Shown here piece by piece: positions 24,416 through 38,288 of a DNA stretch of 64,000 bases. Source of the DNA: Octopus bimaculoides (lineage: Eukaryota); NCBI RefSeq assembly GCF_001194135.2, contig NC_068984.1:12993081-13057080 (forward strand). Reading direction: 5' to 3'. Numbering within the stretch: the first letter of the stretch is position 1; every line of letters begins with the position of its first letter. The notes under the pieces are model-generated. The model did no database searches and was not told where the DNA came from. It saw only the letters and a list, made by a program, of their open reading frames with translations. A program made the translations under genes and the position numbers.

Positions 24416-25833
24416 GCTAGAAAATACAGAGGCAGAAGATTAGTTGTAACTGAAGGGCAGACGAGAGCAGGGATAGCCAAGGATTGATGGTTTGCAGAAA
24501 CTTAATTTCTCTCTATGTTAGCTCTGAGTCAAAGATGAATCGGTTTGCTGTCAGGGATTCACGCATTTAGTTTGAATGACTACAGATGTTATGTTAAATA
24601 CTCATACAGACCCTGATCATCGGAATGTATCCCTTCTATCGAACAGAACTATTGTTTTTCACAAGAATGGTGTCTATTAGCAATTTACCTCTGAGATTCA
24701 TTTTTTTAGATATGCATAATTTTCACGCCTAGTCATGCAAAATATTGTTCATTTAGTAATTATCCCATTGATTCTTTTTGAATGTATGGTGAAATCTATG
24801 TTATACTGAAAAAGTTTAATAGAACCGAAACATGTGTAGCAATTGTCTCCTGTACTTGTTAAAATAATTAGAGTCATTATAGACATTAAGTTAACTCTGT
24901 CTTTTCCCCACAGCATAAATATTGTGAATAATCTCGCTGATGCATTACACCAACTAACATTTATTTAGATAGAATTTTATACCATGTTTAAAATATTACT
25001 TTATGCATTCAGATCTATTATAAATCCCATTGTGACCACCTCAAAACGTAGTGTGTATATCAATAGCGCGGCCACTATAGTCCGTATACACAGATATGTG
25101 CACTATACTAACATACACGTGCACATGCATATGAATATGTTAATGTATGTAAATGTCTTCTTAAACTTGAGTCGGTGGAGCACAGGCTGTGGGCTAATAT
25201 CTCGTTGCAGACACTATGCTAATCAATACTCTTCTCGCCAAATTTTAAAGATTTTTATAAATTTTCATGCTGATATCTCCACGCCAATAACAGAGTTTAG
25301 TTCTACGAGCCGCCGAAGGAGACTTTATATGTTTACTGAACCTGCTACAGACTTCCACGAATAATATCTGCTGACTTATGAAAAAAAAAAAAAAAAAAGA
25401 TACATTAATACAATGCTAGTTACCTCTGTCATTGATAACAAAAACAGAGTTGTCATGGCTAGAACATATTCCCATCATAGGAAAGCTCCGTAGGGGCTGA
25501 CTTTGCCTAAACCCCAACAGTATCTTGCACTAGCTTAATAATTTTGATCTTACTGTTGTTATGTAGGTCGCTTAATGGAGATGATGTCCCCAACACAGGC
25601 AATGAAAATCATTCTGGGCGTTATACAATTTCGTATTTATCTTTTCATTCTTAGAGTTTTTGAGTTTGAATTGATTGGGTCAAAGAACTTATTGTTGACT
25701 ATTGACTGCATCCAATTATCGCATTAACAGAACCGTGATTTTATAGAAAAGGCTTAACATTTGTATGATTGAACTGCAGAGTTTGCTACAAGCTGAAGTG
25801 GATCACGTTAATCTCGTATTTCTGATATCCCAG

Positions 25834-25896
25834 GATTTCTTCATTCAAACATTTCTCATCTTGAATTCGACAGTATTACCCGAAGCATTAGCAACG
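25834..25896 (+). CDS. Candidate 63-nt internal exon (FLHSNISHLEFDSITRSISN or DFFIQTFLILNSTVLPEALAT)
   Basis: Acceptor TTTCTGATATCCCAG, consensus donor ACG|GTAAGT, frame-symmetric, two frames open; no homology recognised. Confidence 0.3.
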
Positions 25897-26988
25897 GTAA
25901 GTGGGAGCATTAAAGGGGTTATCAGCGGTGAATTTCTGCCTTGTACCTTCGACAAAGGGTTTCACTTAACCACTAAGGGTTATTTTTGTGAAAAGTGTCT
26001 CAATTTCAGTGATCACTGTTTCTTAGAAGACAGAAAAGAAAGTAGAAATATTATCAAGAACGCCGATCCTTAAACGAATCTTGTCCATCCTTTTAATTTA
26101 ACACGGGTAATTGAATCAATTCCAAACCACTTAACAGCCCTACCAAACAGTTAAACCAACAACCTCACCCTTTTATTTAATTGTAAATTAGAAAAGTAAA
26201 ATATGTAAATAAAAATAGAAAGTAGAAAAAACAAACAAACAAGCAAACTGGATTTGTTACGAACAACGTGAGTTGTATTTGTTAGAAAGGTTTATTGCAT
26301 AGTCTTGTTGTGGCCACTCATCCACCGCCTCACTTATTTCTTAGTTGATCTAATTTAAAACGTAATATCACTCGTCACCGGCAGCAAAGTTAGATCCCAT
26401 CTTAATTTCCAAATTAATGGATTTCTCTCAATTTTCCGCAGATTATCAGTCGTGCAGCATTTGTATAATAAACTGGTAATTAGTTTTGCGGTTTGATGCC
26501 TTTTCATTAGATTTAACTCAGCTTTCTCATCCTCTTTCTTTCCGTGGTGAGACCGGTACAGTTTACTGCCTTTCTTCTTCATGAAACACTGTCAACATTT
26601 TCTCTGATGCGATTGCTTGCCAGTAGAATTGCACACGCGGTGCACACTATCTTGTCTTGTTCCTCTCTTTTCACCGAATCTACTCCACATAATAAACAAA
26701 TCATTACTTTATACATTGGCATCCCTCATTCTCTCCCCACCCATTTCTGTATATCTCTGTACACACGAACACACATACGTACATACACACACATACATAC
26801 ATACATACATACATACATACATACATACATAAATACATACATACATACATATATAGCAGTTTGGATAGAGGATGTGAGACCGTCCATAATACATGCACAC
26901 ACCACACCTTTCTCTAAATACACTGCACTTAAAATATGTATACAAATATATAGACACGAAAATACTAACTTGCACGCGCCTACGCTCA

Positions 26989-27019
<31 letters not shown>

Positions 27020-27102
27020 GTATGTGCGTGTGTGTATAAATAAATATATATATGTATACATACATATATATACGTACATATATATGTGTGTATATATATT
27101 TT

Positions 27103-27353
27103 TACTCTTTTACTCTTTTACTCTTTTACTTCTTTCAGTCATTTGACTGTGGCCATGCTGGAGCACCGCTTTTAGTCGAGCAAATCGACCCCAAGACTTA
27201 TTCTTTTTAAGCCTAGTACTTATTCTATCGGGTTCTTTGGCTGAACCGTTAAGTTACGGGGACGTAAACACACCAGCCTCGGTTGTCAAGCGATGTTGGG
27301 GGTCAAACACGGACACACAAACATACACACACACACACATACATACACAGACT

Positions 27354-27401
<48 letters not shown>

Positions 27402-27520
27402 CGATGGGCTTCTTTCAGTTTCCGTCTACCATATCCACTCACAAGGCTTTGGTCGGCCCGAGGCTATAGTAGAAGACACTTGCTCAAGGTGCCACGCAGT
27501 GGGACTGAACCCGGAACCAT
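27103..27520 (-). mobile_element. SINE family A, near full length (extreme 5' end missing)
   Basis: Reverse-complement match including the (TTTTACTC)n tail and internal (CA)/(TA) tract. Confidence 0.92.
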
Positions 27521-28189
27521 ATATATACATAAACACAAGCACCACAGAATCACATATGCATGTATATCTATCTGTCTATCTTTCTATATCTTTATATATA
27601 TATATCTATATTATTTTTCTCTTCCTCCCTATCTCTATCTTTCTGTCTGTCTGTCTCTCACTCTCTCTCTCTATATGCCTGTACGTATGTATGTACGTGT
27701 GTATGCACGCATGTATATATGTGTCTGTGTCCCTATGTAGATATATATCTGCATGGAAGGTGGTGGAAGCAAAGTAAAACAAAACTGTGTACTTCAAGTT
27801 ATCTTCGTCATACCTCTTAATATCTCTAGGTTCATCGGACATGAACGATGCATCTCATTCTTTGGGTATGAGTTACATACTGCAGTGTAATCAACTCAAT
27901 TATTCCCTCTTTAGAAAACTGGCGATGGGCTTAACGAAGCAATCACAGTATTTACATGTCTTTTTTGGTGGGTAAGAGATGCATACACTTATCTTCGTAT
28001 TGATATGAGAGTTTTATGTAAGTGTGTATGAATATATAAAAGCATGCCTCATCATAAATTTAAATATATATTCGTATGTGTATATGTATGTATGTATGTA
28101 TGTACGTACGTATGCATGCATGTGCGTATGGATGAGTGTGATCGGGCGCGCGTGTATGTGCTTGTGTATGTATTTCTCAAACAAGTTTG

Positions 28190-28450
28190 ACGGAGATGTT
28201 GAAGAATCACTTCGAAGTCTCAGTCACTCAGACACTCCAACCTACGTTCTTGTCGACAACTATTCCTAGATCCCTAACGGTGTTTGATGCCACGAGATTT
28301 TCGCTCATAGGAAGTGTGTATGGTAACTTAAGTGCAGCCTCTCTACCGAGGTGGATTAATTCAAATTTATTTTCATTTAACTGCATAATATTTTCTGGCG
28401 ATGGATAACAGCGAGCAAATCCGATCTAAGATTTGCCCAGTCGTAACATA
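28190..28450 (-). mobile_element. Decayed CR1/L2-type RT fragment
   Basis: Minus-strand MQLNENKFELIHLG...VRDLGIVVD resembles the CR1 RT motifs LN..K and DLG(V/I). Confidence 0.6.
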
Positions 28451-29996
28451 ATGCAATAAAGTATTTCCCTAATAAGCTGTTGGGGTTAAGCATACAATTA
28501 TATTTGTAACATCCAAAGGAGAGGTTCCAAACAACCACAACAGTGAAACGTACGTAAGAGCAAATTGTATAAAGTTGTGTTTACCTTCATTTCTCCTATA
28601 TATATAAATGCACACACACATATACATCCTTCTTTGAAGATTGCCCTTCCTTTTACATGTAATATAATATTTCCAACTGATTTGATGAACGTTTCAGATA
28701 GATGGATAGTGGTATATATATATATATATATAATTATTCGTCTCTTACCATTCAATACTGTCTCCAGAGACACAAAAATGTATCCGTAATATATACGATA
28801 TCACACATTTTTAGTTGAAAGTTCAATAGCTTGTTTATTCTGAAACTTCCTTTATTTCACTAACATATTATGAAACCTGTTTGATGTGCCTTTTGTGGAC
28901 GGATAGTTGTAGTTACCGGACAAAAGAGTATAATCACTATTGTACTATAAATTCGCTTGAAAAGCATACAACAACACAAAAATTTCAATTTACACCTAGA
29001 CATACTTATTTGATGTTTGCCGACTAATATGTTTTGATGTGTCTGTGATACGAGTAGCATTACATTGATTTGAAAAGCTATGAAATTATTATGTCACTAT
29101 ACAAACATTATAGAACGTAGAATCTTAAACGTAAATAAAGGCACTTTACGTGAAGATTACATCACATTAATTTTATCTCATTCACAACATTTACTTAGAT
29201 ACACGAGTCACATAGGATCCCATAGAGTAACCATGTTAACAATACGAAAAATACGGTAAAATTCAGAGACTACAGAAACTTGTCTTCCATATCATCAAAA
29301 ATGACGTAGGGAAAAATTTGTTAATGTAATTTTATATCCCATGAGGAGTAGAAATTTCAACGTTTCAGATAATTGACCTTCTTCGCAGAGAGAGTGAGAA
29401 TAGAAGAGACTCATAGAAAAAAAAAGAATGCACACGAGAAAGTGAGACGATGGAAAGGAATGATATAGGATGGTAGGTGTAAAGTAAACGTGGGGAAGAA
29501 TGATGTTTCGGAGGTATTGTATGTGCTGGGGGGGGNNNNNNNNNNNNNNNNNNNNNNNNNNNNNNNNNNNNNNNNNNNNNNNNNNNNNNNNNNNNNNNNN
29601 NNNNNNNNNNNNNNNNNNNNNNNNNNNNNNNNNNNNNNNNNNNNNNNNNNNNNNNNNNNNNNNNNNNNNNNNNNNNNNNNNNNNNNNNNNNNNNNNNNNN
29701 NNNNNNNNNNNNNNNNNNNNNNNNNNNNNNNNNNNNNNNNNNNNNNNNNNNNNNNNNNNNNNNNNNNNNNNNNNNNNNNNNNNNNNNNNNNNNNNNNNNN
29801 NNNNNNNNNNNNNNNNNNNNNNNNNNNNNNNNNNNNNNNNNNNNNNNNNNNNNNNNNNNNNNNNNNNNNNNNNNNNNNNNNNNNNNNNNNNNNNNNNNNN
29901 NNNNNNNNNNNNNNNNNNNNNNNNNNNNNNNNNNNNNNNNNNNNNNNNNNNNNNNNNNNNNNNNNNNNNNNNNNNNNNNNNNNNNNNNNNNNNNNN

Positions 29997-30298
29997 TATT
30001 GTATCGGGGTCTTTTTGCCGAACCACTAAGTCACGGGGACATAAACACACCAGCATCGGTTGTCAAGCAATGCTAGGGGGACAAACACAGACACACAAAC
30101 ATACACACACACATACATATACATATACATATATACGACGGGCTTCTTTCAGTTTCCGTCTACCAAATCTACTCATAAGGCTTTGGTCGGCCCGAGGCTA
30201 TAGTAGAAGACACTTGCCCAAGGTGCCACGCAGTGGGACTGAACCCGGAGCCGTGTGGTTGGTAGGCAAGCTACTTACCACACAGCCACTCCTGCACC
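29997..30298 (-). mobile_element. SINE family A (3' end lost in the N gap)
   Basis: Complete head CTACTTACCACACAGCCACTCCTGCACC on the plus strand, with core and microsatellite. Confidence 0.92.
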
Positions 30299-30869
30299 TA
30301 TTTATTTTTCTCTCGTTTTATGTGCTCTCTTGTTGTTTTTGAGTGAGTGAGTGTTTGTTTCATTCATGGATTTTCTCCATTAGCTGGATAATCAAAATTG
30401 CTATGTTCTCGTGATGCAACAGCCAACAGCAGAAAAAAGGGTTTGAGAACTCCAGAGACCAGGAATGGTCTGAAATTTATATTAAGCAAAAGATACGTTT
30501 ATGAGCATATTAGTAGAAGCGTTTTATTGGCACCTAGTAAGTATATTATCTTCGCTAAAATCGATGTATGCACACACACTCACACACACACACGCTCATG
30601 GGCGGAGAATTTTATTATAATATAGATGTAAAATATATCATTTTGATATAGATGTGAGTGTAGACCCACTCGCTATACAGAAATCAACTGAGGTAACAGC
30701 ACAGATTTTATTTCTCTGTGCTCAGAAACATTAGGAAGAATCTAGATTTCTAGTATTAGACTTCTTAGAACTCATTTAGTGAAAGAATTCTCAGAATGAA
30801 TCCAGGGGTTGGCCGGTGACTTACCGTTGTTGAGTAGGATAATCGTATTGCTATTGTACCCGAGTATAT

Positions 30870-31090
30870 AAGGTGGCGAGCTGACAGAATCGTTAGCACA
30901 TCAAACAAAATACTTAGCAGCATTTCGATCGTCTTTAAGTTCTGAGTTCAAATTCCGTCGAGGTCGACTTTGCTTTTCATTCTTTCGGTTTCGATAAATT
31001 AAGAACCAGTGAAAAACTGAGATCAATATAATCGACTAGCCTCCTCCACCCAAATTTCAAGCTTTCTGCCACTAGCAGTAAAGATTGCAA
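30870..31090 (+). mobile_element. SINE family C (tail type ii)
   Basis: AAGGTGGCGAGCTGACAGAATCGTTAGC...TCTGAGTTCAAATTCCGTCGAGGTCGACTTTGC. Confidence 0.88.
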
Positions 31091-31424
31091 CCGTGTATAA
31101 CATTTATAACATTTTAAATACAAATTTGTGGATAATTTTGTTGTTTCTCGCACTGGTACCATTAAACTTCTGTAGTTTTTTTTGAAAAACCAGTTGGCTA
31201 AGCATTTAACCATTTAACTAATGGATTGTTTGATGAATCAATCAGTTTAAGTTGTCAAAGTCCTTTCGCCGCCATTCGTGACCTCATCAATGAGACACTC
31301 TCTCTACTCCAGGTCTGCTTCACGTATTTGCTAATACACCGAGGACGACAAAATAAACAGCTATGAAGCAATAAAGATTATGATTTATTCGACGGATTCC
31401 TCTCACCACTTGTTGCTTTTGTAG

Positions 31425-31530
31425 CAATGTTGAAAAATCTGTACTTTTTCTAATAATATAGTAGAAATACGAAATGATAGATGTAGTAATTCCATTGAAA
31501 TATATGGAAGCGAACACACAAAGAATGTTT
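31425..31530 (+). CDS. Candidate exon (MLKNLYFSNNIVEIRNDRCSNSIEIYGSEHTKNV), CUB-like middle; donor uncertain
   Basis: Good acceptor TTGTTGCTTTTGTAG; open frame with an L-x-F...E...C..x-I-E-I-Y-G pattern; only weak GT donors available. Confidence 0.25.
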
Positions 31531-31580
31531 GTGTTATATATCAAGGAAAGCTGTATATATATATATATATATATAAAGTA

Positions 31581-31626
<46 letters not shown>

Positions 31627-33519
31627 GTATATACATGGGAATGTGTGTGTGTGTATAAATCCAAATTAATCGAATTATCAAAGATGCTAATGCATCTGCA
31701 GGAACAAATGCAGTAGGTTTAATACTACTACCATGTCAAAGTATGTAGAGAAAGAAAGCGAGATTAAAGTAGTTAAAATGAGTAATGCAGAGAAGTCAAT
31801 GTTGCTACAAATACCAGATAATATATTGGAATTTGATACAGTTATATATGCCTTAACTATAAAACATGGTTAATATAACTACAAACGAGACAATGAACTA
31901 ATATATTTTCTGACGGATCTGTGATATGTTATAACGTAACGTTATTTTCTGTTGTCCCACACCACCTCTAAACTCACCGCTCAATAAAACAACTAATCTA
32001 TATAAATCCCTAAACCCCTTTCACATACAAATACTCCATTTATTCTCCATTGTAAAGTATCGAGAGAAAAGCTTTTCTAAGATCGTCCATGTTGTATGGT
32101 GCATGTTACATTAATATGACGTATTTAAACTCCCTGTCATTATAGGTTATCGGTTATGCAATGTATCATTATAGGCTCTCAGTTGTATAGCGTATCATTA
32201 CCATAAGGATTTTGTACATAAAGCATACCACAATAACACCGTACTATAGAAAATAATTAACATAACGAAACATACAATTGCATATTCTTGCTTTATTAAA
32301 TGCATCACAATGAACCGGTAAATTTTCAGTGAGCCGAAACCGCAACGCCAACGCTCATTTACTTAGCCACCGACACTATTCAACATGAGTGTCATAGCAT
32401 TATTTTTATTCCATTCAAAAACCTATGACAACATACTGTATGCATCGTACTTATAACATGCCAATTATATTATGATTTATAACCTTTAAAAAACCTATCT
32501 TTTCTCTGTCTTACTATGTTATAATATCAAAAGTATACATAAACACCTGGTAGTTTTTTATCGTATATCATATAACATACAGACCAACCGTTCGCCAATA
32601 TAAATATATTGTAACCCTATATGCTTATATTATACCACAATGTATTAGCTATATTGGATAATTCTATATTTTATCAAGGCAAATAACACATAATGGCAAA
32701 CAATATTGATGCACTGCATATTATTATAAGAACTATATTGGATAAAAACTATACTATTTACAAAACAAACTACGGAGAGTTTTGTGATGGCGAATGCGAT
32801 CAACTTGTAGACAGAAAATTATAAATGACTAAACTTTAATTGGTCATATATATATATATATATATACATTTGTGTGTGAGTGTATGTATGTACACATACA
32901 CGCACAAATACGCATATATATATATGTAAATATATGCATATATATGTATATATGTATGAATGTATATAAACTCGATGGAAATGGACGGACATTTGAAGGC
33001 AATTTTAGAATGAATTGGTAATCTAGTGATAAGAAAGTAATTTTAAAACGGAAAATTACTTGCATGGCAAATAGGGGAATATAGAAATAAAGAAATACCC
33101 TCCCAAAAATAATCAGTGATAAGATTAAATACATCAAAATATATCACTGAAAACGAAAATCAAAATAATAAATGATAATAATAAAGAAAAGAAAAACGAA
33201 CGATTTTACTGATGTAAAATATGGTCGCACAAAATAAACAAATTCTGTCGTTGGAAAGAAAAAAATAAAAACAAATTTGTGGAATAGCAAAATAGAAGAG
33301 GACAGCAGCAAATAGGAAGAACATATATTTATGATGTGAAAAACATGCAAATAAATATATGAACCAATAAATAAATGGCAACTCTATGAAATGAATCAAA
33401 GAGTAAAAAGATTAAAAGACCAACACACACACACACACACATTTATGTATAGTTTGTGTGTGTGTGTTTGTGTATGTGTGTGTATGGAATGTATGTGTAT
33501 ATATATATATATATGTACG

Positions 33520-33551
<32 letters not shown>

Positions 33552-33900
33552 CATATATATGTATATACACACATACACTCACATACACACACACACACTC
33601 ATATATATGCACANNNNNNNNNNNNNNNNNNNNNNNNNNNNNNNNNNNNNNNNNNNNNNNNNNNNNNNNNNNNNNNNNNNNNNNNNNNNNNNNNNNNNNN
33701 NNNNNNNNNNNNNNNNNNNNNNNNNNNNNNNNNNNNNNNNNNNNNNNNNNNNNNNNNNNNNNNNNNNNNNNNNNNNNNNNNNNNNNNNNNNNNNNNNNNN
33801 NNNNNNNNNNNNNNNNNNNNNNNNNNNNNNNNNNNNNNNNNNNNNNNNNNNNNNNNNNNNNNNNNNNNNNNNNNNNNNNNNNNNNNNNNNNNNNNNNNNN

Positions 33901-33995
<95 letters not shown>

Positions 33996-34507
33996 ACGTC
34001 AATGTAGTTTATAGAACGAGAAGGGGTACAAAGAATGAAATCAACAGAAAACTAATAGCGGTGAGATGTTGAGCGATAGGTGAGTTAGAATAAAGCTTAA
34101 AGACATGGAATTAGATATATTTAGCGGAAGTGAAAGGTAAGAAGACAGTCAAAGGTCGAATATTATAGAATGGTAGAAATCACTTATAGGATCTAAAGGT
34201 ATGTTTCAGCCAATGTTTGCAAAGATAAACGCGTTCTATGCTTTTAAGCTTCATTCTACTTCACCTATCGCTCTATATATCTCCACTATTAGTTTTCTGC
34301 TAAATTCTTTCTTTCTCCTCCTCTTTCTATAAATTACCTTGACGTTGTATCTACAAACTGTTTATTAAAAACACTTGCTAGCGTTCCCTTCATCATATTC
34401 GTAGTCATCACATTCTGTTAAAATATCTTATTGATGAGTTTGGTTTCTTTCTTTCCCTGATGAGAAGATTGCATTGTTTTACACCATTTTATTCCTTCTG
34501 GAATAAT

Positions 34508-34747
34508 ACTCTTTACTCTTTTTACCCTTTTACTTGTTTCAGTCATTTGACTGTGGCCATAATGGAACACCGCCTTTAGTCAAGCAAACCGACCCCAGGA
34601 CTTATTACTTGTAAGCCTAGTACTTATTCCATCGGTCTCTTTTGCCGAACGGCTATGTTACGGGAACGTAAACACACCATCATCGGTTGTGAAGCGATAG
34701 TGGGGGGCCAAACACAGACACACAAACATATACAGACTCACGCATAC

Positions 34748-34783
<36 letters not shown>
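34508..34783 (-). mobile_element. SINE family A, 3' half abutting an N gap at its internal (TA)n
   Basis: Reverse-complement match to the A 3' module and tail. Confidence 0.88.
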
Positions 34784-35364
34784 NNNNNNNNNNNNNNNNN
34801 NNNNNNNNNNNNNNNNNNNNNNNNNNNNNNNNNNNNNNNNNNNNNNNNNNNNNNNNNNNNNNNNNNNNNNNNNNNNNNNNNNNNNNNNNNNNNNNNNNNN
34901 NNNNNNNNNNNNNNNNNNNNNNNNNNNNNNNNNNNNNNNNNNNNNNNNNNNNNNNNNNNNNNNNNNNNNNNNNNNNNNNNNNNNNNNNNNNNNNNNNNNN
35001 NNNNNNNNNNNNNNNNNNNNNNNNNNNNNNNNNNNNNNNNNNNNNNNNNNNNNNNNNNNNNNNNNNNNNNNNNNNNNNNNNNNNNNNNNNNNNNNNNNNN
35101 NNNNNNNNNNNNNNNNNNNNNNNNNNNNNNNNNNNNNNNNNNNNNNNNNNNNNNNNNNNNNNNNNNNNNNNNNNNNNNNNNNNNNNNNNNNNNNNNNNNN
35201 NNNNNNNNNNNNNNNNNNNNNNNNNNNNNNNNNNNNNNNNNNNNNNNNNNNNNNNNNNNNNNNNNNNNNNNNNNNNNNNNNNNNNNNNNNNNNNNNNNNN
35301 NNNNNNNNNNNNNNNNNNNNNNNNNNNNNNNNNNNNNNNNNNNNNNNNNNNNNNNNNNNNNNNN

Positions 35365-35457
35365 CCTCCCTTCCTCCCTCCCTCCCTACCTACCTACCTA
35401 CCTACCTACCTACCTACCTACCTACCTACATACTTACTATGTTATCCATCTATGTAC

Positions 35458-35530
<73 letters not shown>
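35365..35530. repeat. (CCTA)n and (TATC)n tetranucleotide microsatellites
   Basis: Directly visible. Confidence 0.95.
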
Positions 35531-36299
35531 AGACTACAGTCATTTTTTTCTTTGAGAGGAATTAAATCTCATATAAAACCTTAGCCACACAAAAAAAATG
35601 AGGAAAAAAGCCATCCACTACCGTTAGGTATTTCTTATATGTAATTATTCTCGTTTTATTTCTTACTCTGCCAGAAATAGCTGAACTGAATATTTATGTG
35701 TTGGCATATAAAGAAGAGTACAAACAAGTGCTGTTAACCGTCTTAACTTACCATTTCTAGGAATAAAGAACATTTAACTTTGTTGAAACTCAGCGGAGTG
35801 TCTGTTTATCGGCTGATCTTTTATTTATTTATTTACACATATAAGAGCCATATACATATATAAGTTTAGCTTTAAATAAGCTCTTGGTGGACATAGATTT
35901 AAAAGACATTAGAAAACTGTATAATATAAGTATTTGAAGTTAATAGCTTCCTGTAATTTAATTCACTGCGTTGCAAATTCTAACAGGTTTTAAAAGGAGA
36001 AGCACGTATTCTTAACATCGGTTCCTCTTAAGTAACTTTACGATTATTTCACTCAGAAACAAGAACGTTAATACAAATAAAATCAACAATAAGAATGTTA
36101 TTATCTACGTCAGGTTTCAGACAGAAGAATAGACCAACTACATATAGAAAATTTCAACCAGTCATGTTGATTATAAGGCAATATTAGAATATTTTCATGT
36201 GTCAACATATCTGGTCTGAATATCGGAATAAAAGGTTGTCATGAAGTGAAAGCTGAATGTGAATTGAATCGGAGCAATTTTGAATCCCTTCACTGGACA

Positions 36300-36660
36300 C
36301 AACAGAAATCGTTCGTCCTTACGGCATGTGTTCAAATTCCACTGAGGTCGATGCTGCCGTTTATCCTTTCGGGGTCGATAATCTAAGTACCAGGTAAACA
36401 TTGGGCACATTCCCATCACCCTAAACTTGTGGCCCAAATTTGAAACCAACGTGATCTCTCATCTGAAGGCGGCGAGCTGGCACGACAGATAAATTGCAAA
36501 ACAGCTTTTCTTCCCCGTTCTGAGTTCAAATTCCACTGAGGTGAAACCTGTCTTTAAGTTTTGGGTTGATAAATTAAAATACCAGTAAAATACTGGTCTC
36601 GATATAATCGACTTTCACTCCCTAAAATTTCTGACCTGGTAACAAAATTTGAAAACATGA
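36300..36660 (+). mobile_element. Two adjacent diverged SINE family C copies (about 36300-36450 and 36467-36660)
   Basis: Each carries GTTCAAATTCCACTGAGGT and a GTCGATAA/GTTGATAA..TACCAG core. Confidence 0.75.
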
Positions 36661-36699
36661 TTATTTTCCTAGCAATGAGTTTGAGGAAAAGTGAGTTAC

Positions 36700-36780
36700 C
36701 GATTTGCCGTTCAATTTTTGCCTCTGTTACATTTACATACACAGATCGAAAATCTATTGAATTAGCTTTGCTATTCATTT
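36700..36780 (-). CDS. Candidate 81-nt phase 1-1 exon (MNSKANSIDFRSVYVNVTEAKIERQI); product unknown
   Basis: Acceptor TTTGAATATTTCCGCAG, donor TCG|GTAACT, open and frame-symmetric. Confidence 0.3.
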
Positions 36781-37068
36781 CTGCGGAAATATTCAAATGT
36801 ACATCTGTAATATTCTGGGTTCTATCTCATGGAATATAACTCTACCTGACGGACATTGATTGAACGGTTTTACTTAAACTAAACAATCCCTGTAATACTG
36901 GCTTAACTTAAGTAAAGCGATTCCTTCATGTTCAAATCCTCATTTTGAACAGGGCTAGTTTCAGGTCAGTTAACATCCCTGCATATTAGTGTTATTATTC
37001 AAATTATGAACAGATAAAGACACAAGTCGTCTTTAATTGAATTTTGCCATTTATATAACTTAAATATT

Positions 37069-37288
37069 GTTTTCAAATTCTGGCAAAAGGCCAGAAATTT
37101 CGTAGAAGGAGGTAAGTCGATGGCATCGACACCAATGCTCAACTGGTAATTATTTAATCGACCACGAAAGGATGAATGGCAAAGTCGACCTCAGCGAAAA
37201 TTGAACTCAGAACGGAAAGCCAGACAAAATGCCAGTAAGCATTTTGCTCGACGTGCTAACGATTCTGCCAACTCATCACCATCGATCT
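37069..37288 (-). mobile_element. SINE family C with probable 10-bp TSD
   Basis: Reverse C sequence; CTTAAATATT at 37059-37068 and 37289-37298. Confidence 0.85.
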
Positions 37289-38054
37289 CTTAAATATTAA
37301 ATTTAATTTGCCACCGGGTTGAACAACCCCAGGCTAAAACGTGGGCCCTTTTTGGTGTCCGATGTGTTGCATACATTCGGGCTACATCTTTTACCTCATG
37401 ATAACGGTTTCACCTTCTTCCACCTAGCTCTATGGCATTGAAAATGGTCACAGTCGCTGTTCTCTCTATATTAACTATGTCTTAAAAATAGCCTATGTAT
37501 ACAAGCTCGTTCTATCAAACAAATTTCGCAGCATTATATTATATAGATACTCGTTATTTCTTTTATAGTTTCTTCCTTAACCACATCTATGTCACATATG
37601 GACTGATGCATGTTTCTGCTGTCGTTAAATATCTAAAACGAAAATTTTTGCCAAAATATAGATATCAGTAATTGCAAGTTTGCTGTGATGCAATACTGTC
37701 TTATCTACTAATTTATACTAAAAGATGCAACTGATTTCGCTCTTCTTATCAACGTAAACGGAATATTAAATTAACAGGGGTAGGGTTTGAAGTAGTTTGA
37801 CGTTGACCTAAATGGAGATGTTTTAAAATGTTATGTTGCGGATATGATCTAGATGTATGGAGAGGAGAAGATGAGTGTTGTGTGACAACCATGACATTCT
37901 CCGTAAGTGACGTAATAAAAAAAGGTAACAAGTAAATATAGGATCAACACGGGTCTGCTTGTAAGTGTCTGCAGAGGAAGCTTTTCGTGCAATACGTAAA
38001 CAATCTGTTTGGAGAAATACAACACAAACAACACCACACATAACTGAAGCAGAA

Positions 38055-38288
38055 AAGGTGGTGAGCTGGCAGAAGCGTTAGCAGCCGGGCGAAATACTTA
38101 GCAGTATTTCGACTGCCGTTACGTTCTGAGTTCAAATTCCACCGAGGTCGACTTTGCCTTTCATCTTTTGGGGTCGATAAATTAAGTATCAGTTACGCAC
38201 TGGAGTCGATGTAATCGACTTAATCCCTTTGTCTGTCCTTGTTTATCCCCCTCTATGTTTAGCCCCTTGTGGGCAATAAAGAAATAAG
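38055..38288 (+). mobile_element. Full-length SINE family C (tail type i) with 15-bp TSD
   Basis: Head to tail ...GGGCAATAAAGAAATAAG; TSD ATAACTG(A/G)AGCAGAA at 38040-38054 and 38289-38303. Confidence 0.93.

Noticed and set aside
24805-24842. Hammerhead-like CTGAAAAA...GAAACATGTG
   Set aside because: Core G8 is mutated and no valid NUH triplet fits with stem I; too degenerate to call.
30810-30880. Possible SINE-derived minus-strand exon (acceptor from antisense SINE C, donor GTAAGT)
   Set aside because: 56 nt, frame-shifting, with no supporting evidence.
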